A DNA stretch of 64,000 nt, from positions 448,001 through 512,000 of the forward strand of contig CAVSIV010000001.1 of assembly GCA_963728205.1 (NCBI GenBank), given 5' to 3'. Source of the DNA: an uncultured Chloroflexia bacterium (GTDB lineage: Bacteria > Chloroflexota > Dehalococcoidia > UBA2979). A program made the position numbers and the translations under genes. Positions 18,005-28,481 of this stretch are shown here, one piece after another; position 1 is the first letter of the stretch; the number at the start of each line of letters is the position of its first letter. The notes beneath the pieces were generated by a model. It worked only from the letters and a program-made list of their open reading frames with translations. It was not told the origin of the DNA and did not search any database.

Positions 18005-19225
18005 ATGACCACGCAGACCTCGCGGCCTCCGCGGCCGAATCCCTACTTCCCGATCGCGCAGCTCCAGTGCGAGACCGACAGCGGCCTGCAGACCGTCCCG
18101 CTCTCCGAAGAGAGCTCGTTTCGATCCTGGCAGCAGTCGATTCCCGAGCGCTACTGGCACATGGACGCCGACGAGCTGACGCGCCGCATCCGCGCGGCGC
18201 GCTCGGCGCTCGGCACCGACGCCGTCATCCTCGGGCACCACTACCAGCGCGAGGACATCATCGAGTTCGCCGACGAGCGCGGCGATTCGTTCGCGCTCTC
18301 GCAGTTCGCCGCCGAGCGCCCGGAGGCGAAGTACATCGTCTTCTGCGGCGTGCACTTCATGGCCGAGGCCGCAGACATCCTCTCCGGTCCGCACCAGCAG
18401 GTGATCCTGCCGAACATGGAGGCCGGCTGCTCGATGGCCGACATGGCCGCGCCGGCCGACGTCTACTCCGCATGGCGCGAGCTCGAGGACCACTTTGGCT
18501 CGACCGACGACATCATCCCCGTGACGTATATGAACTCCGCCGCCTCACTGAAGGCCTTCTGCGGCAAGCACGGCGGTGTCGTATGTACGTCATCGAACGC
18601 GCCGAAAGTGCTGCGCTGGGCCTTCGAGCGCGGCAAGCGCGTCTTCTTCTTCCCCGACCAGCACCTCGGGCGCAACACCGGAGCGGCGCTGGGCATTCCC
18701 CAGGACGAGATGGTGCTCTGGAACTGGCGCCTGCCGGCCGGCTCGCTGGGCGGGCTCAGCGATGAGACCCTCGAGCGCTCCCGCGTCATCCTCTGGCAGG
18801 GCCACTGCTCGGTGCACCAGCGGTTCTCGCTGACGCAGATCGAGCACGCGCGCGCCGAGCACCCCGACGTGAAGATCGTCGTGCACCCGGAGTGCCGCTA
18901 CGACGTCGTGCAGGCGGCCGACGCCAACGGCTCGACGGCGTTCATCGCGAAGTACGTCGCGGAGGCGCCGGCAGGGTCTGTGATCGGCGTGGGCACCGAG
19001 ATCAACCTGGTCTCGCGGCTCGCGAAGGAGCACCCGGACAAGACGGTGTTCTGCCTCGACCCCGTCGTGTGCCCCTGCAGCACGATGTATCGCGTGCACC
19101 CCGCGTACCTCGCCTGGGTGATGGAGTCGCTGCTCGACGGCCAGGTCGTCAACCAGATCGTCGTGCCCGACGAAGAGAAGCAGCACGCGCGCGTCGCGCT
19201 CGAGCGCATGCTCGCGCTGAAGTAG
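18005..19225 (+). CDS. nadA: Quinolinate synthase
   Basis: LGHHYQ, FCGVHFMAE, GCSMAD, TYMNS, CTSSNA, PDQHLGRN, CSVH, VHPEC, CPCSTM. Confidence 0.96.
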   Translation: MTTQTSRPPRPNPYFPIAQLQCETDSGLQTVPLSEESSFRSWQQSIPERYWHMDADELTRRIRAARSALGTDAVILGHHYQREDIIEFADERGDSFALSQFAAERPEAKYIVFCGVHFMAEAADILSGPHQQVILPNMEAGCSMADMAAPADVYSAWRELEDHFGSTDDIIPVTYMNSAASLKAFCGKHGGVVCTSSNAPKVLRWAFERGKRVFFFPDQHLGRNTGAALGIPQDEMVLWNWRLPAGSLGGLSDETLERSRVILWQGHCSVHQRFSLTQIEHARAEHPDVKIVVHPECRYDVVQAADANGSTAFIAKYVAEAPAGSVIGVGTEINLVSRLAKEHPDKTVFCLDPVVCPCSTMYRVHPAYLAWVMESLLDGQVVNQIVVPDEEKQHARVALERMLALK

Positions 19226-19356
19226 CCGCGACACCCCGCCCGACCGGTGGGGGCGTGACCGAAGGCAAGCGGCGTCAGACACGACGCCGATGCGCGGGCG
19301 CCTGCAGGGCGCGCACTCGCGGCGGCCGCAGCCGCCGCACGAGAGAAAGCGGCGGC

Positions 19357-19794
19357 GTGAGCGAGTTCCGCTTCGAGACGCGCATCCCGCTCCGCCACAC
19401 CGACTCCTTCGGCGGCACCCCGTTTGTCCACGGCGGCGTCCTGATTGCCCTCACCGAGATCGCGCTCGACGCGTACGACCACGCCGCCGCCATCCCGTCG
19501 CACCGCGACGTCCTCCGCTTCCAGACCCACACCGAGGTCCGGTACCGCTCGCCGCTCCGCTGGGACGACGCGGCGGTCGTCCGGCTGCGCTGTGCCGAGG
19601 TGCGCCAGGGCCGGCTGCGCTTCGACTGCGTCGTTGCCGCCGCGAGCGATGGCCGCACCGTTGCGGAGATGGCGCATCGCTACGCGTACCTCAACGCCGA
19701 GACGGGGCGCCCCGAGACGCCGCCCGACTGGTCGAGCATCATCGACGCGATCCGCGCGTACGAGGGCGACGACGTGGAGGTCTTTGATGCCTGA
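19357..19794 (+). CDS. Hotdog-fold (4-HBT-like) thioesterase
   Basis: Size and pattern LRHTD..G...V, VRYRSPLRWDD, beta-rich C-terminus. Confidence 0.7.
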   Translation: MSEFRFETRIPLRHTDSFGGTPFVHGGVLIALTEIALDAYDHAAAIPSHRDVLRFQTHTEVRYRSPLRWDDAAVVRLRCAEVRQGRLRFDCVVAAASDGRTVAEMAHRYAYLNAETGRPETPPDWSSIIDAIRAYEGDDVEVFDA

Positions 19795-21368
19795 CGCTCC
19801 CGCGTCCGATCGCGCCGGCTCCTTCGATTCTCGTCGTGATCGGGTCCGGCATCGCCGGGCTCTACGCGGCGCTGCAGGCGCACGAGCACGGCGCGTCGGT
19901 GCTGCTCGTGACGAAGGGCGCCATCGATGAGGCGAGCACGCGCCACGCGCAGGGCGGCATCGCGGCGGCGCTCGGCCACGGCGACTCGCCCGAGGCCCAC
20001 CTGCAGGACACGATTGCCGCCGGCGCCGGGCTGGTCGACGAGGACGCCGCGCGCATCCTCTGCTTCGAGGCCGCCGCGCGCATCGCGGACCTCGTCCGCT
20101 ACGGCGTCGAGTTCGACGCCGCCGACGGCGAGATCGCGCTCGGCCGCGAGGCCGCGCACTCCGCCGCGCGCATCGTGCACGCCGGCGGCGACTCCACGGG
20201 GCTCGTCGTCGAGCTCTCGCTCACGTCGCTCGCGCGACGGCAGGGCGTCACGATCCTCGAGTTCACGCTCGCCGACCGCATCATCGTCGAGGGCGACCGC
20301 GCGGTCGGCGTCGACGTCTACGACACCACCACGGACACGCACGCGCGCTACGACGCCGGCACCATCGTGATCGCCACCGGCGGCGCGGGTCAGATGTACC
20401 GCGTCACCACGAACCCCGCGGTCTCGACCGGGGACGGCATCGCGCTCGCGTACACCGCCGGCGCCGAGATCACCGACATGGAGTTCACGCAGTTCCACCC
20501 GACGGCGCTCGTCATCCCGGGCGCCGCGGTCTTCCTGATCTCCGAGGCCGTCCGCGGGGAGGGCGCGCGGCTCTTCAATACGGCCGGCGAGCGTTTCATG
20601 CCGAAGTACGACGCCGAGCGCGCCGAGCTGGCCCCGCGCGACGTGGTCGCCCGCGCCGAGCATCGCGAGATGATCGCGACAGGCGCCGACCACGTGCTGC
20701 TCGACATCACCGACCGCGACGCCAACTGGCTCGCCGCGCGCTTCCCGCAGATCTACCGCCACTGCCTCGACGCCGGGATCGACATGGCGACGCAGCGCGT
20801 GCCGGTCTCGCCGGCCGCGCACTACACGATGGGCGGCGTGCGCACGAACACGTGGGGCGAGACGACCGTCCCGGGCCTGTTCGCCGTCGGCGAGGCCGCG
20901 TGCACCGGCGTGCACGGCGCGAACCGGCTCGCCAGCAACTCGCTGCTCGAGACGATGGTGTTCGCGCACCGCATGGTGGAGCGGCTCTTCCAGTCGGCCG
21001 GCGCGCCGGCGGCCGCGCCCGCGCCGACCCCGGACGCGCGGCCGCTGCCGCCGGCGACGAACGGGCGCTACGAGCCGCCGGTGCTCGGCAGCCTGAAGCG
21101 GCTGATGTGGGAGCGCGTCGGCATCGAGCGCTCCGGCGAGGGTCTCCGGGCGGCGGCCGATCAGCTGCGCCACTGGGCGGCCGCGATCCCGGCGCCGGGC
21201 GATCGCGCCGGGTACGAGCTGCGTACGCTCGTCACGGTCGCGCGGCTCGCCACCGAGGCTGCGCTCCTGCGCGAGGAGTCGCGCGGCGCGCACTACCGTG
21301 CCGACTTCCCGTCGCCGATCGACGCCTGGCGCCGGCACCTGGTCTTCCGCGCCGAAGGGAGCGAGTGA
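19787..21368 (+). CDS. nadB: L-aspartate oxidase (1-nt insertion at about 19828, likely error)
   Basis: IGSGIAGL, AQGGIAAA, MEFTQFHPT, LISEAVRGEG, LAPRDVVAR, HGANRLASNSL, ESRGAH. Confidence 0.95.
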
Positions 21369-21370
21369 CG

Positions 21371-22249
21371 ATGGCCGAGTCCCCGCGCACATCCCCGCCC
21401 GATCCCGCCGCCGTCCGCGAGATCGTCGAGCGCGCCCTGGCCGAGGACCGCGCCGGGTACGACGTCACCACGCAGGCGCTCATCCCGCCGGGGCAGCGCG
21501 GCCGCGGCGCGTTCGTCTTTCGCGAGGCAGGCGTCGTGTGCGGCATGGACGTCGCGCGGGCGGTCTTCGCGACGCTCTCGCCGGACCTGCGCTTCGACGT
21601 TGCCCACCCGGACGGCGTCTTCGTCGAGGGCGGCACCACCGTCGCGGAGGTGAGCGGACCGCTGGCGCCGATGCTGTCCGGCGAGCGGGTCGCGCTGAAC
21701 CTCGTGCAGCGCATGTCGGGGGTCGCGACGCTCGCGCATCGCTACGTGCAGGCGGCTGCGGCCGGCGGCGATGCGCGCGTCGTGGACACGCGGAAGACCA
21801 CGCCGGGACTGCGGCTGCTCGAGCGCTACGCGGTGCGCGTCGGCGGCGCGCACAACCACCGCAACACGCTCGAGGACGGCGTGCTGATCAAGGACAATCA
21901 CATCGCGGCGGCCGCGCAGCGCGGGCTCGACCTCGCGGCCGTGATCCGCGAGGCCCGCGCGCACGCCGCGCACACGCTGCGCGTGGAGGTTGAGGTCGAC
22001 ACCGCGGAGCAGGCGCGCGCGGCGATCGCGGGCGGCGCCGACGTCGTGCTGCTCGACAACATGACGCCCGACGAGATGCGCGCGATCGTCGGGGAAGCGC
22101 CGGGCAACGTGATGTTCGAGGCGTCGGGCGGCATCACGCTGGAGACGATTCGCGACGTGGCGGCGAGCGGCGTGCAGCTGATCTCGTCGGGCGCACTCAC
22201 GCACTCGGTGCGCTCGCTCGACGTCGCGCTCGACCTCGAGCCGGCGTGA
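21371..22249 (+). CDS. nadC: Nicotinate-nucleotide pyrophosphorylase (carboxylating)
   Basis: ERVALN, DTRKTTPG, NHR, LIKDNH, EVEV, LLDN, EASGGI. Confidence 0.96.
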   Translation: MAESPRTSPPDPAAVREIVERALAEDRAGYDVTTQALIPPGQRGRGAFVFREAGVVCGMDVARAVFATLSPDLRFDVAHPDGVFVEGGTTVAEVSGPLAPMLSGERVALNLVQRMSGVATLAHRYVQAAAAGGDARVVDTRKTTPGLRLLERYAVRVGGAHNHRNTLEDGVLIKDNHIAAAAQRGLDLAAVIREARAHAAHTLRVEVEVDTAEQARAAIAGGADVVLLDNMTPDEMRAIVGEAPGNVMFEASGGITLETIRDVAASGVQLISSGALTHSVRSLDVALDLEPA

Positions 22250-22352
22250 CGGCGGCGGCACGCCGCACGTGCGGTGGCCGCGCGCGGCGCTTCCTCGACG
22301 CCGTCGCGGCGCGGACGGAAGATCGTGTGCGCACCGAAGGAGCCGCCTCGCC

Positions 22353-23252
22353 ATGACCTCGCAGCCCGCGCCGTTCCTGGCTCTCGTCCACGCGCGCGAC
22401 GCGCTCGTCGCCGCCGTCGCCGCGCTGCCGGCTGCCGCGCTCGAGGCGCGCGTGCCGTGGGCGGGCGCCGACGCGCCGCTCGGCTGGGCGCTGCTCAGCG
22501 CCGGCGCGCACAACGTCGAGCACCGCCTCGCGATCGAGCAGCAGCTGGAGGCGCTCGGCTGGCGCCGCAGCGAGGCGATCCGCCACCTCGCCGACGCGCC
22601 CGTCTCGCGCCGGCGCATCGAGGCGCTGCTCGTCGGTGTCGCCGGCGACGTCCTCGACCGCGAGCCGGGGCCCGGCGCGTGGAGCGCGCGCCAGATGGTC
22701 GAGCACGTGATCGCGACCGACCGCCGCTACTGGCTGCAGGCGCGCCACGCCGCCGACCGCGGCGACGACGATCCGCTGCGTCCGGCGGACGACCTCCTGC
22801 CGGCGCGCGTGCCGCCGCCCGTGCTCGGCGAGCCCGCCGGCGCGCTCGTCGCGCGGCTGCGCGAGACGCACGTGGCGGCGCTCGACGCGCTGGTTGGCCT
22901 GCGCGACGAGCAGCTGCGCCGGCCGACGGACTGGGCCGGCTCGCGCCAGGAGGTGGCCTTCCGCCTCCACCGCTTCGCCGAGCACTACGACGAGCACGTC
23001 GCCGACCTCGATGGCACGCTCGCCGCGATCGGCGTCTCGCGCACGATGCCGGCCCGGATCGCGGCCGCGCGGCTCGCGGAGCTCGGCGCGCTCGAGGCCG
23101 CGCTGCTCCGCGTGCCCGCGGCGCTGATCGACGCGCCCGGCCCGGCGCGCGCGCCCGGCGGCGCCGCCGAGTGGAGCGTGCACGAGCAGCTCGACCACCT
23201 CGCCGCCGAGGACCGCGACCTGCTCGAGCGCGTGCGGAGCCCCGGCGCGTGA
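22353..23252 (+). CDS. Multi-repeat DinB-family protein
   Basis: WSARQMVEHV, HYDEH, WSVHEQLDHL motifs. Confidence 0.75.
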   Translation: MTSQPAPFLALVHARDALVAAVAALPAAALEARVPWAGADAPLGWALLSAGAHNVEHRLAIEQQLEALGWRRSEAIRHLADAPVSRRRIEALLVGVAGDVLDREPGPGAWSARQMVEHVIATDRRYWLQARHAADRGDDDPLRPADDLLPARVPPPVLGEPAGALVARLRETHVAALDALVGLRDEQLRRPTDWAGSRQEVAFRLHRFAEHYDEHVADLDGTLAAIGVSRTMPARIAAARLAELGALEAALLRVPAALIDAPGPARAPGGAAEWSVHEQLDHLAAEDRDLLERVRSPGA

Positions 23253-23824
23253 ACCAGGTGGTCATCCTCTCGGGCCCGCCCGGCGCCGGGAAGTCGTCGG
23301 TCGCGGACGCGCTCTGCGAGCGCTTCGACCGCATGATCCACGTCGAGGTCGACGAGCTTCGCCACTGGGTGAAGGCCGGCTACCGCCACCCGTGGGCCGG
23401 CGATCGCCAGGCCGCCGAGCAGCTCGAGCTCGCCGTGCGCAACGCGAGCGCGATCGCGCGCGAGAGCGTCGCGATGCGCTACGCCGTCGTGATCACCGAC
23501 GTCGTGCGCCCCGACGATGCCGCGCGCTACCGCGCCGCGCTGGCCGGCGCCGGCACGGCCGTGCACCTCGTCACGCTGCTGCCCAGCCTCGAGGTCGCGC
23601 TGGCGCGCGACGCGGTTCGCGAGCACGCGATCGCGGAGCGGGTGCGTGCCGTGCACGCGGAGCTCGTCGACGACATCCGGTCGGGCGCGCTGCCCGGCGC
23701 GGTGATCGACAGCTCGCACGACCGCGACCCGCAGGCGACGGCCGACCGGGTGCAGGACGTCGTCGCGAGCGGCGAGGCGCTGCTCGTCGATGCGTCACCG
23801 GCACACATCCCTGCGGATTCCTGA
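23249..23824 (+). CDS. P-loop kinase-like (AAA_33/phosphotransferase-type) protein
   Basis: ILSGPPGAGKSS, VEVDELR, VALARDA.R. Confidence 0.8.
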   Translation: MNQVVILSGPPGAGKSSVADALCERFDRMIHVEVDELRHWVKAGYRHPWAGDRQAAEQLELAVRNASAIARESVAMRYAVVITDVVRPDDAARYRAALAGAGTAVHLVTLLPSLEVALARDAVREHAIAERVRAVHAELVDDIRSGALPGAVIDSSHDRDPQATADRVQDVVASGEALLVDASPAHIPADS

Positions 23825-23930
23825 TATCGCGGGTTCCGCCCGACTGCCCCTCGCGGTGCGCCCCGTCTAGCATCGGGCGAAAGCAGGAGGAGACGGCCGG
23901 GCGCGCGCCCGGGGACCGCCGGGTCGGAGG

Positions 23931-24587
23931 ATGGGATACATGACGTTCAGGCAGATGTTCGTGCGAACCGCGGCCGCGGCGGCGGCCGTGGCCGCCGTGA
24001 TCGCGCTGCTGCCCGGCGTGCTCACGACCGCGAGCGCGCAGCAGGCGGCCCCGTTCACGGCGTACGGCGTCGGGCTGCAGTCGGGCCAGGTCGTGGAGGT
24101 GTTCGACGGCTCCGCGTCGTGCGGTTCCGTGACGGCCGACGGCAGCGGGCAGTGGCTGATCCAGATCTCGGCGACGTCGCCGTGCGCCCCGCGCGAGGGC
24201 GACACGCTGTCGTTCACGCTCGACGGCGCATCCACATCGGCGCGCGAGACGTTCAAGACCGGCGGCGCGCCCGCGGATGTCGCAAACGGCATCACGCTGA
24301 CCGTCGTGGCGACCGCGACGCCGACGCCCACTCCCGGGGCCGGTCCGGGGACCTTCGCCGGCTCGATCAGCGCGCACGGCATCACGCCGGCGGTGTTCAA
24401 CGGCGGCACGGTCGACCAGGCGGTGACCGCGGCCGGCAGCGGCCTGAACTCGATCTGGTCGTACAACGGCGGCGTCGCGGTCGGCTACACGGTCGGGGCG
24501 CCCGCGTTCGTGAACCAGGCGTTCCTCGCGCTGTTCCCGGGCGGCGCCATCCCGCCGGGGCAGATCCTGATCCTGGTGAAGCCGTAG
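23931..24587 (+). CDS. Secreted two-domain protein with PT linker
   Basis: GGAGG RBS; signal peptide ending ASA; beta-rich domain with Cys pair; TATPTPTP linker; C-terminal GAPAFVNQAF domain. Confidence 0.75.
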   Translation: MGYMTFRQMFVRTAAAAAAVAAVIALLPGVLTTASAQQAAPFTAYGVGLQSGQVVEVFDGSASCGSVTADGSGQWLIQISATSPCAPREGDTLSFTLDGASTSARETFKTGGAPADVANGITLTVVATATPTPTPGAGPGTFAGSISAHGITPAVFNGGTVDQAVTAAGSGLNSIWSYNGGVAVGYTVGAPAFVNQAFLALFPGGAIPPGQILILVKP

Positions 24588-24711
24588 CCGCGGGGGCCGC
24601 CCCCGCGTGACGCACGCGGCGCATGCCACGAGGGGCGGCCGGCACACGTCGGCCGTCCCTCGCGCGGCAGGAGCCGCCCGGGAATGCGCGGGCTCGCCTG
24701 ATTCGGACGGG

Positions 24712-25540
24712 TTACGCCGCGCGCGGCGTGCCCGTCATCGACTCCACGTACCACTCGATTCTGCTTGAGGACCTTCGGGACGCCGCCCAGCTGCTCGAGC
24801 AGCGCGCGGTCGGCGTCCGATAGCTGCGGCTCGTCGCCGCCCTCCTCGACGGGGGGCAGCGGCGGCAGGACGCCGTCGCCGATGCGGAGCTCGCGCGACA
24901 GCCGGCGGCTGTCCGCGATCGCCCGCGAGAGGTACGTGGCGTGCCCGTCGTGGTGGTCGCCGATGGCGACCGCCACGTCCTCCGGCAGGGTCCACACCTC
25001 CGCGACCTCGACGCCCCACTCGGCGTGGTTCCTGCCGAAGATCTGGGACTCGGCCTCGCAGGCCTCGATGCCAGACCGCGCCATCTGGGCGATGCGCGAG
25101 TAGCGGATCGGGTCGGCCTGGGCCATCGCCATGCGACCCACGTCGTGCAGCAGGCCGGCGGTGAACGCGGTCGACCGCGCGCCGCCCTGCGACGTCATGG
25201 CGTCGGCGAGCAATGCGCACGAGAGCACGTGCCGCCAGAGCTCGTTGGGGTCGAGGCCCGCGCGGTCGAAGCCGCGGAAGGACTCGCCGATGACCGCGGT
25301 GAGCATGATGCGCCGCGTGGCGTTGAGGCCGATGCGCACGACGCCTTCCTCGGCCGTGCCGATGCGCCGGGTCGGCGCGGAGGCGGCCGAGTTCGCGGCG
25401 CGCAGCACGGCCGCGGTCAGGCTCGGATCCATCTCCACGATGGACGCGAGCTCCTTCATCTCGAGATCGGGCTCGTTGAGCACCGCCATCGCGCGGGCGT
25501 GCACGGCCGGGATCGTCGGGACTCGATAGCCGTCCGGCAT
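24712..25540 (-). CDS. Stand-alone HDOD-domain protein (1-nt insertion at about 24759)
   Basis: DPSLTAAVLRAANSA, LWRH, AFTAGLLHDVGR, HAEWG...WTLP, HH; corrected end QIEWYVESMTGTPRAA*. Confidence 0.88.
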
Positions 25541-25777
25541 GACTGCCTCGTCTCGACAGGCGCGCGCCGGGAACCAGTCGGCCCCCGGAAACGTCGGTGC
25601 TCCGCGCCGGGCGGAACACGTGCAGAATCCCGCATTTCGATGCCCCGGCGAAATCGGGGCATCCCCTACGGTGCGGCGCCGCGGCGGCGCTGAAGATCAC
25701 CGTGGGGGCCGGGGCGGTGACGACATATGCTGCGGACCGCGCGTCGACGGCGCGCGGCACCCGGGCTCGGAGGCTCG

Positions 25778-26632
25778 ATGACCTCGAACCCCGCGCTGGA
25801 CGACCTCGTCGCCGAGATCGCCGAGCTGCGACCGCTCCCCGCCGCCGCGGTGCGCGTGCTGCAGATCGCCGAGGGTGAGCGCTTCTCCGCACACGAGCTC
25901 GCGCAGGCCATCGGCGCCGACCAGGCGCTGACCGCGAAGCTGCTGCGCCTCGCGAACTCCGCCTACTACGGCTTCTCGCGTCAGATCACGACGGTGCGCG
26001 ACGCGGTCGTGCTGCTGGGGTTCCGCGCGGTGCGGACGGCGGCGCTCACGTCGAGCGTGATCGACGCGCTGCCCGGCGCGAACCACCTGGACCAGGAGCA
26101 GATCTGGGGGTTCTCCGTGACGGTCGGGATGCTCGCCGAGGTGCTGGCGCGCGCGCACGGCCGCCACCAGGACGAGGCGTTCACAGCCGGCGTGCTGCAC
26201 AACATCGGCCGCCTCGCGCTGGACCAGCACCGCCCGGAGGCGCTACAGGCCGCACGGCGCCTTGCGACCGAGCGCAACGTCACGGTGTGGCAGACCGAGC
26301 GTCAGCTGCTCGGGTTCAGCGACACCGAGCTGGGCGGCGGCATGGCGCTGCACTGGAACTTCCCGCAGGAGCTCGTCGACGCGGTGATCATGCAGGACGC
26401 CGACGGCCCCGCGCGGCCCGAGCCAGACTCGCTGGCGATCTTCGTGCGTCGCGCGCGTGAGTTCGCGCGCACGCGCGGCATCACCGACGGCGTCGATGCG
26501 CCGTCCAATGAGCCGCCGCCCGACGAGTGGCTGATCCCGCCGGTCTCGGGCTCGCTCAACCGCGTGGGCGGCATCAACGGCATCGAGGAGCGTGTGCGCG
26601 CCTTCGTCGACGCCGCGATCGGCGCGAAGTAG
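25778..26632 (+). CDS. Stand-alone HDOD-domain protein
   Basis: DQALTAKLLRLANSAYYG, AVVLLGF, AFTAGVLHNIGR, WNFP; GGAGG RBS. Confidence 0.92.
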   Translation: MTSNPALDDLVAEIAELRPLPAAAVRVLQIAEGERFSAHELAQAIGADQALTAKLLRLANSAYYGFSRQITTVRDAVVLLGFRAVRTAALTSSVIDALPGANHLDQEQIWGFSVTVGMLAEVLARAHGRHQDEAFTAGVLHNIGRLALDQHRPEALQAARRLATERNVTVWQTERQLLGFSDTELGGGMALHWNFPQELVDAVIMQDADGPARPEPDSLAIFVRRAREFARTRGITDGVDAPSNEPPPDEWLIPPVSGSLNRVGGINGIEERVRAFVDAAIGAK

Positions 26633-26639
26633 TCCCCTC

Positions 26640-26723
26640 CGTCAAGCGGCGGCAGCATGCCGCCGATACTCGCGGCGGCGCTCGCCGCCGAACGCATCGG
26701 CGGCATGCTGCCGCCGCTTGACG
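26640..26723. repeat. REP-like doublet, 28-bp perfect inverted repeat (CGGCGGC-N-GCCGCCG family)
   Basis: CGTCAAGCGGCGGCAGCATGCCGCCGAT / complement at 26696-26723. Confidence 0.9.
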
Positions 26724-26777
26724 AGGAGTATGCGTACGCTGGGACGACACTCCTCCGCCCATGTCTGGAGCCCGCCG

Positions 26778-28475
26778 ATGCCCGGAACCGCGCCCGTGCC
26801 GTCGCCTGTCTACGCGCTCGCGAGCGACTACGTCGACCGCGTCGCCGCGCTGAACCCGATCGTGGCGACCTCGCTGGGCGTCCCCGGGCACGAGGACGAG
26901 ATGCCCGACCTCTCGCCGGCCGGCGCCGAGGCGCGCGTGGCCGCGGCGCGGGAGACGCTCGAGTCGCTGCGCGCACTCCCCGTGCAGGGCGAACGCGATC
27001 GCGTGGCGAAGGAGTCGATGGAGGAGCGGCTCGGCCTCGCGCTCGAGCTGCACGCCACGCGCGACCATCTGCGCGACGTGCGCGTGCTCGGCAGCGCGAT
27101 CCAGTCGGTGCGCGCCGTCTTCGACCTGATGGCGCGCGGCTCGGACGAGGACTGGCAGCACATCGCGCGCCGCCTGCACCGCGTGCCCGGCGCGCTCGCC
27201 GGCCTGCGCGCGAGCCTCGAGGAGGGGCTCGCGGCGGACGTGCGTTCCACGCAGCGCCAGGCACGCGCCGTCGCGCGACAGGCGCGCGTGTGGGGCGGCG
27301 TCGACGAGGGCACGCGCCCGTTCTTCGACTCGCTCCTCGACGCCTTCGATGCCTCGCCCGTGGGGAGCGCCGGCCTGCGCGCCGACCTCGCGGACGGCGT
27401 GCGCGTCGCCGCCGACACCTATGCCGCGCTCGCCGAGTACCTCGACGAGCGCTACGCCCCGCGCGCCGAGACGCGCGACGCGGTCGGCGCCGAGCGCTAC
27501 GCGCTGCAGGCGCGCGCCTTCACCGGCGCGACGCTCGACCTCGACGAGACGTACCGCTGGGGCTGGGCCGAGCTCGCGCGCATCGAGGACGAGATCGCGA
27601 AGACGGCCGACCGCATCACGCCGGGCAAGGGGCTCGCGGAGGCGCGGGCGCTGCTGGAGAGCGACCCGCAGCGCGCCATCGACGGCGAGGACGCGTTCCG
27701 CCGCTGGATGCAGGAGCTGCAGGATCGCACGGTCGGGGAGCTCGACGGCAGGCACTTCGACATCCCGGAGCCCGTGAAGCGCGTCGAGGCGATGATCGCC
27801 CCACCCGGCGGAGCGCTGGCGATGTACTACACGGGACCGTCGGAGGACTTCAGCCGGCCGGGCCGCACCTGGTACCCGACGGGCGGGCGGACGCGCTTCC
27901 CGCTGTGGTCGGAGGTGTCGGTCGCGTACCACGAGGGCGTGCCGGGCCACCACCTGCAGATCGCGATGGTGCGGTATCTCGCGGACAGCCTGTCTCGGTT
28001 CCAGCGGCTGATGGGATCGACGTCGGGGTACGCGGAGGGCTGGGGGCTGTACGCGGAGCGGCTGATGGCGGAGCTCGGCTACCTGGAGGTGCCGGACTAT
28101 TACCTCGGCATGCTGATCTCGCAGGCGTTCCGCGCGGCGCGGGTGGTGGTCGACATCGGCCTGCACCTCGAGCGGGAGATCCCCGGCGACGCGGCGTTCC
28201 ATCCCGGCGAGCGATGGACGCCGGCGCTGGCGCTCGAGTTCATGACGCCGCGCAGCCCGTTCGACGCGGCGTTCGCGGCGAGCGAGGTCGACCGCTACCT
28301 GGGCATGCCGGGGCAGGCCATCTCCTACAAGGTCGGCGAACGCTACTGGCTGGCCGCGCGCGAGGCGGCGCGTGGCGCCGAGGGCGCCGCGTTCGACCTC
28401 AAGGCGTGGCACGCCCGGGCGCTCGACCTCGGGCCGATGGGGCTGGACCAGCTGCGCCGCGAACTCGGCGGGTAG
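26778..28475 (+). CDS. DUF885 family (zincin-like) protein
   Basis: YHEGVPGHHLQ, YAEGWGLYAE, RAARVVVDIGLH, EVDRYLGMPGQAISYKVGE. Confidence 0.92.
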   Translation: MPGTAPVPSPVYALASDYVDRVAALNPIVATSLGVPGHEDEMPDLSPAGAEARVAAARETLESLRALPVQGERDRVAKESMEERLGLALELHATRDHLRDVRVLGSAIQSVRAVFDLMARGSDEDWQHIARRLHRVPGALAGLRASLEEGLAADVRSTQRQARAVARQARVWGGVDEGTRPFFDSLLDAFDASPVGSAGLRADLADGVRVAADTYAALAEYLDERYAPRAETRDAVGAERYALQARAFTGATLDLDETYRWGWAELARIEDEIAKTADRITPGKGLAEARALLESDPQRAIDGEDAFRRWMQELQDRTVGELDGRHFDIPEPVKRVEAMIAPPGGALAMYYTGPSEDFSRPGRTWYPTGGRTRFPLWSEVSVAYHEGVPGHHLQIAMVRYLADSLSRFQRLMGSTSGYAEGWGLYAERLMAELGYLEVPDYYLGMLISQAFRAARVVVDIGLHLEREIPGDAAFHPGERWTPALALEFMTPRSPFDAAFAASEVDRYLGMPGQAISYKVGERYWLAAREAARGAEGAAFDLKAWHARALDLGPMGLDQLRRELGG

Positions 28476-28481
28476 CGGCAC

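Noticed and set aside
19787-19836. nadB, HDOD and YcaQ-like genes as true pseudogenes or programmed frameshifts
   Set aside because: Single indels in one shared context, no slippery sequence, otherwise intact motifs; sequencing error is more likely
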